In this document: positions 43,381 to 55,000 of the stretch, in pieces
Numbering within the stretch: position 1 is the stretch's first letter
Layout: every line of letters begins with the position of its first letter
Assembly (NCBI RefSeq): GCF_000315625.1
Contig: NW_005434628.1
Span: 103,003-162,772, forward strand
Reading direction: 5' to 3'
Length of the DNA stretch: 59,770 nt
Source: Guillardia theta CCMP2712
Lineage: Eukaryota; Protista; Cryptophyta
Made by a program: the position numbers and the translations under genes
The notes under the pieces: generated by a model
What the model was told of the DNA's origin: nothing
Databases searched by the model: none
The model's input: the letters and a program-made list of their open reading frames with translations, nothing else

Positions 43381-44153
43381 CTTAGCAAAAGTGATGCTGA
43401 GTAGCGAAAAAGCGAGCGAGAGAAGGAGCGGGAGAAGGAGCGGAGGAAGAGCGTTGGAGAAGGGAGGATGAGATTGAGAGGTGTGAAGTCAAGATGATGG
43501 AAAGATCACCGGAGAGCAAAGACAAGAGCAGATAGATGAAGACGAGGAGTGCAGGAGGCAGGAAAGCGTGGGAGAAGGTAACAGGGAGCTTGGATCGAGG
43601 GAGGAGAGATAGGCGGGATTCGAGATTGACGGACGGACGGACGGAATGATGGATGGATGGACGGATGGAGCTAGGCAGAAGACGGGTATATCTGGCTTTG
43701 ACCGAGGACAAGGAGGGGTGGGGTCAGATCGAGGAGGCTGCATGCGAGTTTTGAGAGTGAGCTTGATGTGGGGCACCAAGAGGCTCATGGACATGCATGG
43801 CCTCGTGATCTTGCTCCCTCGAACGTGTTTCCCTGAAGCATTTCATGTCGGCCTGTCTTTGTCGGATCGGTCATGACAAGTTCCATGTAACAGTGATCCT
43901 GATGTAGTTGGAATCCCTTCATGCTGTCTGGGACTGTCTCCCCATGCTCAATCATGGCGCATCACCAGCTCTACCGATGCCTGTGATCTGACGTCTTGAC
44001 GCAGGGTCTCCCTCACGTCAATGGCGATGAACTAAGGGGACCAGTGATTGATGCTTGTAGAAATGCTTCAAGATTCATTTCTCGGTGACATTCATTGCTG
44101 TACAGGTTTTCGTTCTTCCTTGATGAGTTTGCCCTGATCCCTCTTGTTCTAGA

Positions 44154-46982
44154 ATGAGCGAATCCCACCTACTGATAGCAAAGGTGAAAGGTTTTCCTTG
44201 GTGGCCAGCTAAAGTAAGGCGAGGACAGTATAGCTGGCGAGGTTGGTGATGGATTGGACCAGGTTGCAAATCCTGCGAATCAGGGGTTCGAAGAAAGGAA
44301 GGTGAGATCGGCCTGACTACCCTGCCTGCCGCTGAAGGCTCGTGTTCGCTGCTTGCTGTAGGACGGGAGCAAGACATTCGTTTACTTCTTCGGGACGAGA
44401 AAGTATGCATGGGTCCCTTCAACGTGCGCAGTCCCTTTCTTTGAGAATTTGAACCTGGTAGAGCCCGCTTCCCTTGTTCCAGTTCGATCAGCAACCTTAT
44501 CTGTGCCGTCAGATTCTCCGGGGGAAGCTGGATAAGATAGATCAGGTGATGCGTACGGCAAGGCGGAGCAGTCTTGACGTTGTTGCAGGCACTAGTGGAG
44601 CTGCAGCAGCATCTCTCCGAAGGATCCCAAGCAGACCGGGAGAAGTTTGACAAGTTGTTCAGATTTGAGAACGTAAAGCACATGCCCCCTGGAGCTGCGA
44701 GATGATGCACTGATCGTTGCCCGGATCAGGGAAGTTACCTATACATCGGCCCACCTACATCCTCTGCCACCTCGAACGAGACATCTTCCTTGGTGAGTCT
44801 GATGCCAGCTGCTTGTTTCAGCCCTCAAGTCGATCCTTCCATCTTCCTTCTCTCATGCTCTTGATCGGGAGGCTGAGCTCCAATCCGCGCGATGTTCAGA
44901 ATCATTGAGGCAATACCTGCAGGATCGTGGGTCGGATCGAAACTTCAAGAGCGAGGAGAGCGAACGGAAAGGCGTCCAGGCAGGAGAGATGCAGAAGAAC
45001 ATAGGAGTGAAACGCAAGTCGTCGTCTTCGCCGCCCAGGTCGCATGGCCCTGAGAAATCCTCGAGCAAGCAGGTGTAGCTGTCAGGTTTCCCTGTCAAAG
45101 TGTGACTCTTGCTGTTCCCGAATGCTCAGCCGCAAGGGGACCGGCAATCGAAACAGAAATGGGTGGGGGATCCAACATTTGTTGACTCTGATGGAAACAA
45201 GGTGCTGCGAAATGTTGAGAACGCTCTTCACCTTACTTTGAGCTCCGTAGCATTTCCGCGCTTTCAGCAAGCAAGGAGTTCTGTTTCAGAAGCTAGACTG
45301 TGCTTTTCTCAAGCCAGAGCAAGACCATGACCTGTATGTTGTTCGCATCGATGACATGTGGGAAGAGCCTTCGGGAGATATGATGTTCAAAGGCTTTTGG
45401 TTCTACAGACACAACGAGGTGGTTGCATGCTGGCTCGATTCAATCCGACTGATTTGTTTCGGCCTGGAATAGGTCAAGAGGGCTCCTACCAACATGATTG
45501 ACTCAGAATTGCTGCTTTCTGATTGGGCAGACACCAATCCTATCGAGAGCGTGATGGGCAAGGTGAACCCTCAACCTATCTGGTGAACCTCCTTTGAAGC
45601 TGTCCTCCCTTTCCCTTTTCCCAGGCTGTCATCCTGTTTGCCAAGAACTTATTGCCACGAGAGGCTTGGACGGCCAAAGTGAACGGAGGAATCCTGTACG
45701 ACGGTCGGGAGTACGATCACTTCTGCTGCAGACATCTGGTGGTTAGGAGCAACAAGATCTCCTTCCTAACCGAGAAGAAGCTGGGGCAAGCCATCGAGGT
45801 GAACGGTCACGGAGGGGACGCGGCAGACTCTCAGGGTCAGGAGCAGCCGCATGACTCGCACAAGGTTCCATCCAGCCGAGAAGCCGAGAGGTCTCGACCG
45901 GAGGCCCCTGTGACCCTAAAGCTGAACCCCGAGCACTGGATCCCCAGCGAGCAGTACAAGGCCGAGTGGAACGGAGTTCAGTTCATCAACCGAGGCAGCG
46001 TCCTGACCCGCGACCCATCGCCCATGACGCCCGAGAAGGGAGCGCAGAGGGTGACTGGGCTCGCCATCTCCCCGACCGGCGACACCCTGGTGGCCGTCAA
46101 CCTCCCTGCCTTCCTAGGGATCTGGAAGTTCAAATTCACCGACTCGGCCGGGCTGGACGTGAAGGGGGAGCCGACGTTCGACTACGTGCTGCACGTCAAC
46201 GGCAGGACGCAGGACGAGGAGAGCGCCAAGTGCGAGTTCCTGGCTGTAAGCATGATCCACAACGGAAGCCGTTGCGTGGTGGGAGGGACGATGGGGCAGA
46301 TGCGAAGGTTCACCAGCGACCCGGCCACCAAGGACAACTTTGGATTTCTCCGGGTGTATGAGGTCACAACGGGGACAGTCCTCCAGCATCTGAACCTTTT
46401 GGAGCATCCTCCGATCGTCACTATCAAGACAGGATGGACTTACAGCAACGGAGAGAAGGGGCTTGTGTTTGCGCTAGGCAGTCACAGATACAAGGAGGGG
46501 GAGCCGGAGGAGTGTGGCGGAGAGCACGGGAACCCAGCGGATGCGAAGAAGACGAGCACTTGTGTCCTCTCGCAGTTCGTGGTGAACGCGTATCAGGTGA
46601 AGGCGAGAAGTGCGGTCAATATCAGTCGATGATCATGTTGTTGCCCAGGGTGAATTGAAGCATGACAAGCAGGTCGAGGTTGAGTCGTACCGCTCGATCA
46701 CGATTGTTTACCCCCCCAGCATGGACATGGCGAAAGAATCCCCTCTCGATGCCGTGCTGGTGGTTGCTTCAGGCAGAGGGTTTCGCATGTATAATGCCGG
46801 GTCGATGGAGGAGATTGGGGTAGTGCCTGGTCTTGTTCTCCTCGATTTGGTTGATTCTGTCTCACAGAGTAGCCTCGAAGAGTACAACCAGACGTGCTCT
46901 GATGTCGTTGCCATCCCCAAGAACGTTCTGGTGTACCCTCTCTCCTCTTTCCTCTCTCCTGCTCCTCCTTCCCCTCCCCCTC

Positions 46983-47013
<31 letters not shown>

Positions 47014-47847
47014 CTCGTGCTGCTCCTGCTCCTGCCTCTCACTTTCTATGCCAGCCTTTGCCTGAGCCAGGACTTGTGGAGGTTAGCTTCTTCTTGTCAT
47101 GCGGAGAAGACATCCAGGTATGCCTGCCATCTGTCTGCGCTTGCGTGAGAGGATCGTGAGGGATGCGGAGCTGCTGCCAAGTTGCATGCGATCCATTGGA
47201 ACAAGAGCAAAGGCAACAACGACCAGGAGCTCTACGACTCTGTCACCGTTCAGGTGAGGCTCCGACAGCGTGCCCTTCCCTCTTCTCCCTTCCTTCCTTC
47301 CTCTCACTCGCACCCTACTCTCCTTCCCTCCCTCCTCTCCTTCCCTCCCTCCTCTCACTCCCTCCTCTCTCCTCTTTCTTCCTCTCATTCGCTCCCTCCC
47401 AGTTCCTCCGCCTGTACAGGCTGGGAGAGAACATGTACGACAGCTACGCTCCTCTCAGCAACTTCTCGGGCTCCATCTGCTCCAACGGCAGATACGCCAT
47501 CCGAGCCGTGGTGGGCCTGAGCTGACTTGACAGCTGCCGCCTCCTGACGGTTGTATCCTTCACCAGAGGCAGCAGGTCTTCGTCTGGAACCTCGACACTA
47601 CCCAGCTCACTGCAGTCATCCAGCACGACCTCGGCTACGACTTCAGGTGACGACTAGTTGACGGTCTGGTTGAAAGCCGTTGACACCCTCTTGCCAGCTG
47701 TCTGCTTTTCCACCCCTCGCAGAAGTGGCTGTTCATGGGGACCGTCGACAAGATGATCGAGTAGCTCGGCTGCAGCTGGGGATGGCGAGGGAGTCTGACA
47801 AAGTGTGCAGGTGTTACTTCCAGCCGAAGTCCAGCTCGGCACACTGA
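44154..47847 (+). CDS. PWWP + BAH + WD40-like beta-propeller protein, multi-exon
   Basis: PWWP: LIAKVKGFPWWPAK|..|KTFVYFFGTRKYAWV. Basic NLS-like VKRKS. BAH: YVVRIDDMWEEPSGDMMFKGFWFYRHNE|..ELLLSDWADTNPIESVMGK. Propeller-like blades: VTGLAISPTGDTLVA, FLRVYEVTTG, FRMYNAGS, VFVWNLDT, KWLFMGTVDKMIE. Confidence 0.78.
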
Positions 47848-48046
47848 GATGACAAGGTGCGGTGACGTCCCCAGCAAGACTGAGGGCAGGAGCCTCTCGA
47901 TCCCTGGGCTGGGGCCCAGCACAGTTGGGAAAAAGAACTTTAAAATTTCTATTGTAGTGAAGAAGAGTCGTCAAAAAGGATGTCAAAGAATAAGGTTGAG
48001 GCCCCGGGGGCGGAGGAGGTGCGTGTTACGACTGTGCCAAGGGTGG

Positions 48047-50469
48047 TCAGGTCGACATGTCGCTGATCATGGTGTCATCCTTCTCGATGTCATCCTGGTC
48101 CAAGAGGTCAGCAGGAGGTCAAACGCGTTTGACCACTCGCCTTCTCCTTGTCAATCTTGTGGCGGAGGATGTTGAGCTCTTTGAAGGCCTGCCTGCTCCT
48201 TCGTCACTCTCACACCATCACCAGCAGCTGCTCTCTCCTCCTCCTCTCTTTCCCCCCCCACCGCCCCCTTGGTCTTCGTCCTCGTCCTCGTCCTCCCTCT
48301 CCTCGTCTTTCTCCCTCCCCTCCTCCCTCCTCCTTCATCACCACATTCTTGTCCCCTCCTCTTCCTCTTACTTGTCAGCTCGAATGTCTCGCGCTGCCTT
48401 CTCCTTCTCTCCACTCCCTGTCTTCTTCTCGCTCGACTTCTCCGCCAGCAGCTCCTTTGCCAGGCGCTTGTCCTTGGCTGCCTCCCCCGTGAGCTTCTTG
48501 CTCAGCCTCATCGCCGCGTTGTAGGCAGGGAAGTTCTTCAGCCGCGCGATCGCCTGCTGCTCCTGCGACTTGAGCACGTTGAGCACGAGCTTCGCTTGCT
48601 GCGCCTTCACTTGCAGGGCGGGGAGTCGCGACTCCACTGCCCTGGCGGCCCGGAGGTCGTCGGTGCCCTTGTGGGAGAGCCGGCGGGACTCGAGCATGGT
48701 GTGGACGGCCTTCTCGGTCAGATCCTCGCTCTTCTTCTGCAGCTTCGTCATCTCCTTGCTGCTCATCTTGGAGCCGGTCGCGTGCGCCTGCGAGGAAGCG
48801 AATGAGCGGAGCGAAGGAGGGAGAGAGTTAGGGGTGGGTGGGTGGGCGGGCTTAGGGGGGGGGGGGGGGAGAGGGGGAGGGAAGGGGGAACAGGAGAGGG
48901 AGGGAGAAAGGAGGGAGGGGAGGGAACNNNNNNNNNNNNNNNNNNNNNNNNNNNNNNNNNNNNNNNNNNNNNNNNNNNNNNNNNNNNNNNNNNNNNNNNN
49001 NNNNNNNNNNNNNNNNNNNNNNNNNNNAGGGAGAGGGAGAGAGGGAGGGAGAGGAAGGGAGAGGGAGGGAGGGGAGGGAGGGGAGAGAGGGAGGGAGAGG
49101 GAGAGAGGGAGGGAGAGGGTGAATGAAGAGGGGAAAGAGGATGCCTGCTTTATGAGTTGCCCCGCCAGCTTCAGCTCCTGGATGCTCTTGGAGGAGAGTT
49201 GCTTTGCGCGCCTGAAGGGGAGTGAGGAGGAGAAGGCAGGAGGGAAGGGCGAGGAGGATGAAAGAAGAGGAAGAGGAGGGAGGAAAGGGGAGCGAGAAGC
49301 CAGAGGAAGTGCAGGACCTGAGCTCTGATTTCGCAGCCTCTTTCTGGTTGACAACATTGTCCTCCTGAACAGGAGTAGAGTGAGAGAGCAGAGATAGAGT
49401 CGGATGATTGAGAAGATAGACGATGGATGGATGGATGGAGAAAAAGACAAGGAGGGGGGGGGAGTGGAATTCATTAGAGGAGGAGAAGGAGGAGGAGACC
49501 TTCTTCAACTTGTTCAGTATCTTCTTCTGCTTGTCCATCGCTGACTCGAAGTTGGATGACTTGGGCCACTCCTTGGCAATGGCCTTGCGGCGGATGCTCT
49601 CAGCCTGACGACATCGTAAGAGGAGGAGAGAAGTGGAAGGAGGAGGCAGGAGACATGGAAGGAAGTAAGGAGAAGAGAAGGGAGTTGACTGTGAGATAGA
49701 TTGGGGTGAGGTGGGGAGAGGGTGAGAGGGAGAGAAGATTGAGAGAAGAGAGTGGGAGATGGACAGGAGGAGGATAGGAGGAGCTTCACCTTAGCCTTGA
49801 GCTCTGCTGCTTTCTCCAGCAGCTTCTTAGCTGTTGCTACGTGCAGTTTGTGCTGGGACGAAGAGCTCTGTTGGTCTGATGGGGACCTTGACTTCTCCTG
49901 TTCGCTCCTCCTCTCGGCCTGTCGGAGCTCGTCAGCTTCAGCAGCGAGTCAGGAGCAAGTTCCTTCTTCCTTAAAAGTGACACTCGAGCCAGGCTGATGG
50001 CCAGCGCTTGCATCTGCCGCTTCCTGTCCCTCCTGATCACCGCGATGACGTCATCAATGTCAACGTTGGGCAGCTTGATCGAAGCCTGGCCCTTGGTCGC
50101 CTTTCCCCCCTCCTCCGCCTCTTGCTTCCTTTCCTGCTTCTCCTTCCTTGCCACCTTGTCGGGCTGCGACGCCTCCTTCTCGATGTTCTTGAGCATGAGA
50201 TCGTCTCCCGCCTGCATGTTCTCGAGCTTCCTCTTCAGTCCACCTGTCAACGTCGCTGCTAGGCTGTCCTTGTCGTCCAGCGCCTTGAGACCCGCCACTG
50301 TCGCGTCGTTCTCCACGTTCCTCCTCGCCTCCTGCTCCAGCTGCCGCACCATCTTCGGGGTGGAGCGCAGGGCTGAGCGGGAAGGAGGAGGGGACCATGA
50401 AATCGCCGTGAGGAGGAGGAGGAGGGTGAGGGAGACGGCGGCGAGGGCGCTATACCATGACGCTCCCAT
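48047..50469 (-). CDS. Signal-peptide/anchor coiled-coil protein, multi-exon, unknown function
   Basis: N-terminal hydrophobic ALAAVSLTLLLLLTAISW followed by K/E/A/Q-rich helical exons separated by CT-rich introns; one N-gap. Confidence 0.65.
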
Positions 50470-50846
50470 CGACGAGAACGACTGGAAACGAGAGAAGTCA
50501 GAGTGAAGCGTTCACTTCCTCGCGTCCTTCGATCTCCTCTGCTCTCCTCAGATCGTTACTTTTGCTATTTCTTTCCTCCCTCCCTTCTCCCCTCCTCCTC
50601 CTGTCTCCTCCCGTTCAGCCCGCTCCTCTGCGACGAATGCATTGCAGATGATACTGATTCATAGCGATCTGGTACATGGAAGTCTCAATCGTTTCCTTCT
50701 TCTCTTCCCTCCCCCACTTTCCCTGACTCACTTTTTGTGCTCCTCCACCGCCTCCTTCCGCTCTTCCACTGCATGTTCTCCTCTCCTTCCCTCCCCTCCC
50801 CTCCCTTCCCCTCCCTCCTCTCCCTCCCTCCTCTCCCTCCCTCCTC

Positions 50847-51068
50847 CCTCCTCCTCCTCCTCCTCCTCCTCCTCCTCCTCCTCCTCCTCCTCCTCCTCCT
50901 CCTCCTCCTCCTCCTCCTCCTCCTCCTCCTCCTCCTCCTCCTCCTCCTCCTCCTCCTCCTCCTCCTCCTCCTCCTCCTCCTCCTCCTCCTCCTCCTCCTC
51001 CTCCTCCTCCTCCTCCTCCTCCTCCTCCTCCTCCTCCTCCTCCTCCTCCTCCTCCTCCTCCTCCTCCT
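50847..51068. repeat. (CCT)n microsatellite, ~220 bp
   Basis: Uninterrupted trinucleotide run. Confidence 0.97.
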
Positions 51069-51159
51069 CTTCATCTTCTTCGCTCACTCTTGTAGTTCTT
51101 CTCGTGACGGCAGTCCAAACTCCTTGGCAAACTCCCCGAGGTCACCCATCGACTGCATA

Positions 51160-51300
51160 AAAGTCAGACAAGTCAGACAAGTCAGACAAGTCAGACAAGT
51201 CAGACAAGTCAGACAAGTCAGACAAGTCAGACAAGTTAGACAAGTTAGACAAGTCAGACAAGTCAGACAAGTCAGACAAGTCAGACAAGTCAGACAAGTC
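51160..51300. repeat. 9-bp minisatellite (AAGTCAGAC)n, ~15 copies
   Basis: Tandem 9-mer with two adjacent AAGTTAGAC variants and no spacers. Confidence 0.95.
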
Positions 51301-52021
51301 CCTTGACTTGTCCCTCAACATCCCGTTCCTCCTCCTTTCCTTCCCTCCTCGCTTCCCTTCCCCTCCTCTCCTCTCCTCCTCTTCGATCTCCTCTCCCCTG
51401 CTCTCCTCCTCTCTCATCTCTTCTCATCTCATCTCATCTCATTCCCCACCGCCTCACCTGCATGGCCAGTAGACGGGGAACAGAGACGCGCAGGAGAATC
51501 AAGAGAAAAGCTGCGTTGAACACCTACAGCAGGTTGATACCACAGCCTCTTGATCCTCCTCCCCCTCCCTCCTCCTCCTCCTCCTCCTCCACCACCACCA
51601 CCACCACCTCCTCCTCCTCCTCCTCCTCCTCCTCCTCCTCCTTCCTCCCTCATCATCATCATCATCATCATCATCTCCATCATCNNNNNNNNNNNNNNNN
51701 NNNNNNNNNNNNNNNNNNNNNNNNNNNNNNNNNNNNNNNNNNNNNNNNNNNNNNNNNNNNNNNNNNNNNNNNNNNNNNNNNNNNGGGGGGGAGATGAGGA
51801 AGAAGAAGAGGAGAGAGCAGGACAGAACATAGTCTGATCTGAAGTTTGTCAAATGAGCATCAGCACAGGCTGATTGCAAAGACGATTGCAGCATGTGGCC
51901 TGGAATCTAGCAGGGAGGGAGAGGGGAAGGGGAGGGAGGGGCATGGGTGGGCTGCATGATGATGTTTCGCTGCCATGGGAGCGCATGGTTATCTTGAGGG
52001 CATGCTAACATCGAGCGACAG

Positions 52022-55000
52022 ATGCCGCGGTTCGACTTCGACGAGCTCGTGAAAGAAACTCTCGAGCAGGTGAGAAGCTGGAGGTGGGTGGCGGGGAGGA
52101 GCTGAGAGCGTTCAGACGGAGGTTCAAATCGTTGAGCCGGACAAGAAGGATGAAGCAGAAGAGACTCAAGTCACCAGCATCTTCGAGATCTCCCAGCAGG
52201 TGAGCGCATGGCGCCCGTTGGCACGGCGACCAACGGCGGCCCGCAGGTCATGACGAGGAGCCGGGATAGCATGTCGCTCTTCCACTCGGCGCTTCCTGTG
52301 CAAGTCGCCAAGACGCCAAATCGAAAGTAGAGCTGAGATCTCCATCTTGATCCTCCCCTGACGCGATCCTACGAAACTCTGTAGAGTTCCTGCTCCTCAG
52401 GCGAAGAAACGCACGTCCTCCATCCTCAAGTCCATCCAGGTGACGATTGCGCGTCCTCACAACATGCTTGCTGAGGGTTCAACTGCTCCCTCAGATCTCT
52501 AGCAGCCCAGTGCAGAAGTCCTCTCAAGCTCCTCCGCCGCATATGGAGGAGTGGAGATCGCAGCATGCCCCCCTCGAGCCGGTTCCCGTCCAGTACCCGT
52601 CCAAGCCGTCAATCCCGTTGGATGTGAGAGCTCTACACTCCTCTGTCCTACCTGCCTGATGATGTTAAAGGCCGGAGATCTGTGGCGGAATGACATGGGC
52701 TTGTTTATGGGACGTTCTTTCCGCGCATGCTTCAGCCCCTCGGGTACTGCCGCCTTGTTGGGAAGGATGGTACTGACCTGATCACCTTGACCGCAGGGAA
52801 GATCTACATCCCAAGACAGAACTACGGGAGTGATGACTTCGGTCACAAGGTTGATGTTCGAGACGTCCGCAGCTCATTGCACGACACATCAGAAGGTGCG
52901 CGAGAGCGTGGGGCACTTGGTTTCCTCTCACGCTGTCGCGCTGCAACAGGAAGAAGATCGTATGTAGAGCTCATGAAGGCGCATCATGAGAAGTTGGGTG
53001 TTGGAGGTGAGAGATGAGTGCTGTGCTCTTGCATCTTTCTCATGCTCTCTCTCCAGACTCTTCCAACATCCAGCAATGTCTGGATCACTACTGCTCGGTC
53101 ACAGCCAAGGACAGGAACCTGCAGAGCAAGTACAGCTCCTTCTTTGCTTTCATCCGATGCCTGCTGGTGGATAGCTCAAGGTGATTTTCCACCCTCCGTG
53201 CTCCTGCGCTCCTGCTTACCAGCTCTGGTCTGCAGCGGTCTGCTGGATTCGTTCTCGGATTGGCTGCAGGGGGACTTGAAGTGCGTATCTTGTGTGACAT
53301 GAGGGAGGGTTGATGTGGGGCTCAGACAAGAGATTGCGACGTACCTGCAAACCGGCGGCAAGGAGCAAAGATTGAACGACAGCCTGAGCGATTACGACCG
53401 CATCTTCGTCCACCTGACAGGCCGTCAGATCGACCATGCTTGCACGGTGAGTTGGTCAGATACCTCATGACGATCGGTGCTGAAGCCCAAACACAACCCG
53501 ACTACATCTTCGATGAGACCTACTAACAACTGATTGTCTCGGCATGTCTGCTTTCCCTGAACTTCATGGCAGGTTGCGATGGATATGGGTGACTTCGAGC
53601 TGGCGTTGTTGGTTGCCCAGGTGAGGGGTCATAAGTGCCCCTGTGCTCGGCTGATTCATCCCAATCCAGCTGGGAGAGAGCACAAACATGGCACATGACA
53701 TGATCAAACAAGTGAGATCGCCTGCTGACTTGCTCCTTCTTCCGCGACCTTGTCTTGCTGAAGGGATCGAACGCTAACTGACGGAGCAGGTGGAGTGGAT
53801 GGAGGTCACTCATAGCTCCTACCTTAGCAACCAACGGGAGTACATTGAGTCCAAGAAGCTGTTGCAGATCTACAGGTGTGCCCGAGTTGTTGGCAGACCT
53901 CGTCCGTGAGAAGTTGAAAACGCAGGCTGCTGGCCGGCGATATCGATGCGCTCCTAGCGACGATGTGCAGCGACTATGAGCAGGACTTGAAGGATCCTAG
54001 CAGGTTGAGCTGACGTGACCACGGAGGTTGTTCTGAGTCGAAAGTCCCAGGCGAAGGTTGATCGGAGGTCAAATGCTGGACTGGAGGAGATGTTTTGGAT
54101 TGTACCTCTGGTACAACCCTTGCAGTGTGCGCGCGTGCTTCGCTGGGAGTGATTGAGATGCCAGGTATGCATATCCCAACCAAGACATCATGAAGTTGCC
54201 GCCTGAAGGCATGAGATCGCATAAGATGGTCAGCCCTTGTCTTCCTCTTCCCTCTCAGTTTCCTGATCAAACTGCTCAGGATTTGTTCTCAGACAAGAGA
54301 AAGGTATTCCGTCTTGTCCTGCTCCTGCTCCTGCTCCTGCTCCACTTGCTCCTGCCGAACAACCTAGTTTTGTCCCCTTTGCATGACTTGCTCTCTTAGC
54401 TTCACTTCTCCCTCCAAGGAGCGTTTCAATACTTCATCGGACTGCAGTGGCAGACCTCTTCAGACAGGACACGTCAGATCGTTCCACATCCTTGGCCCGC
54501 GTTCCTGCAGACATCCAGCAGCCGCCAGGTCGAGCCCCTCTCCTCATGCACCAGCAGACTTTTAGGCTGACTGAGCTTGCAGAGGGTGCCGAAACAACTT
54601 GTTCGCAAGATGATGCTGGTTCGCTCCATTACCCTGCCCCCCATCCCTCTTCTCTTACTCTTCTCCTACTCTCCCTCTACTCTTTCCCCAATCACCCCCT
54701 ACTCTTCCCCTACTGCCCCCCTCGCTTTCCCGGTCCACTGCTCCTCCTGCTATTCTGGGAGCTTCCAATGTCGTCTGCCTCTTGTCTGCCTCTTCCTCCT
54801 CCCCTCCGACTTTCTCAGTCTGACATGGCGGCAGGATGGTCCGTCAAGAACCTGTGCCTTCCTCCCTGACTACATCCAACGGTCCCTTGGACTCAACCAA
54901 AACTCTTCCCTCCTCCCTGCTCGTCTCGTCCTCCTCGACTCCTCCTCCCCCTCCTCCTCCTGGCCGGTCGACATGCGCCTCCAGCTCCTCCACCTCATGT

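Noticed and set aside
51160-51300. Possible CRISPR-like or telomeric array
   Set aside because: Contiguous 9-mers with no unique spacers, eukaryotic context with no cas genes, and not a G-rich telomere motif.
50642-51417. Long poly-R, poly-E, poly-S, poly-L and (RQV)n ORFs
   Set aside because: Stop-free translations of microsatellites in several frames.
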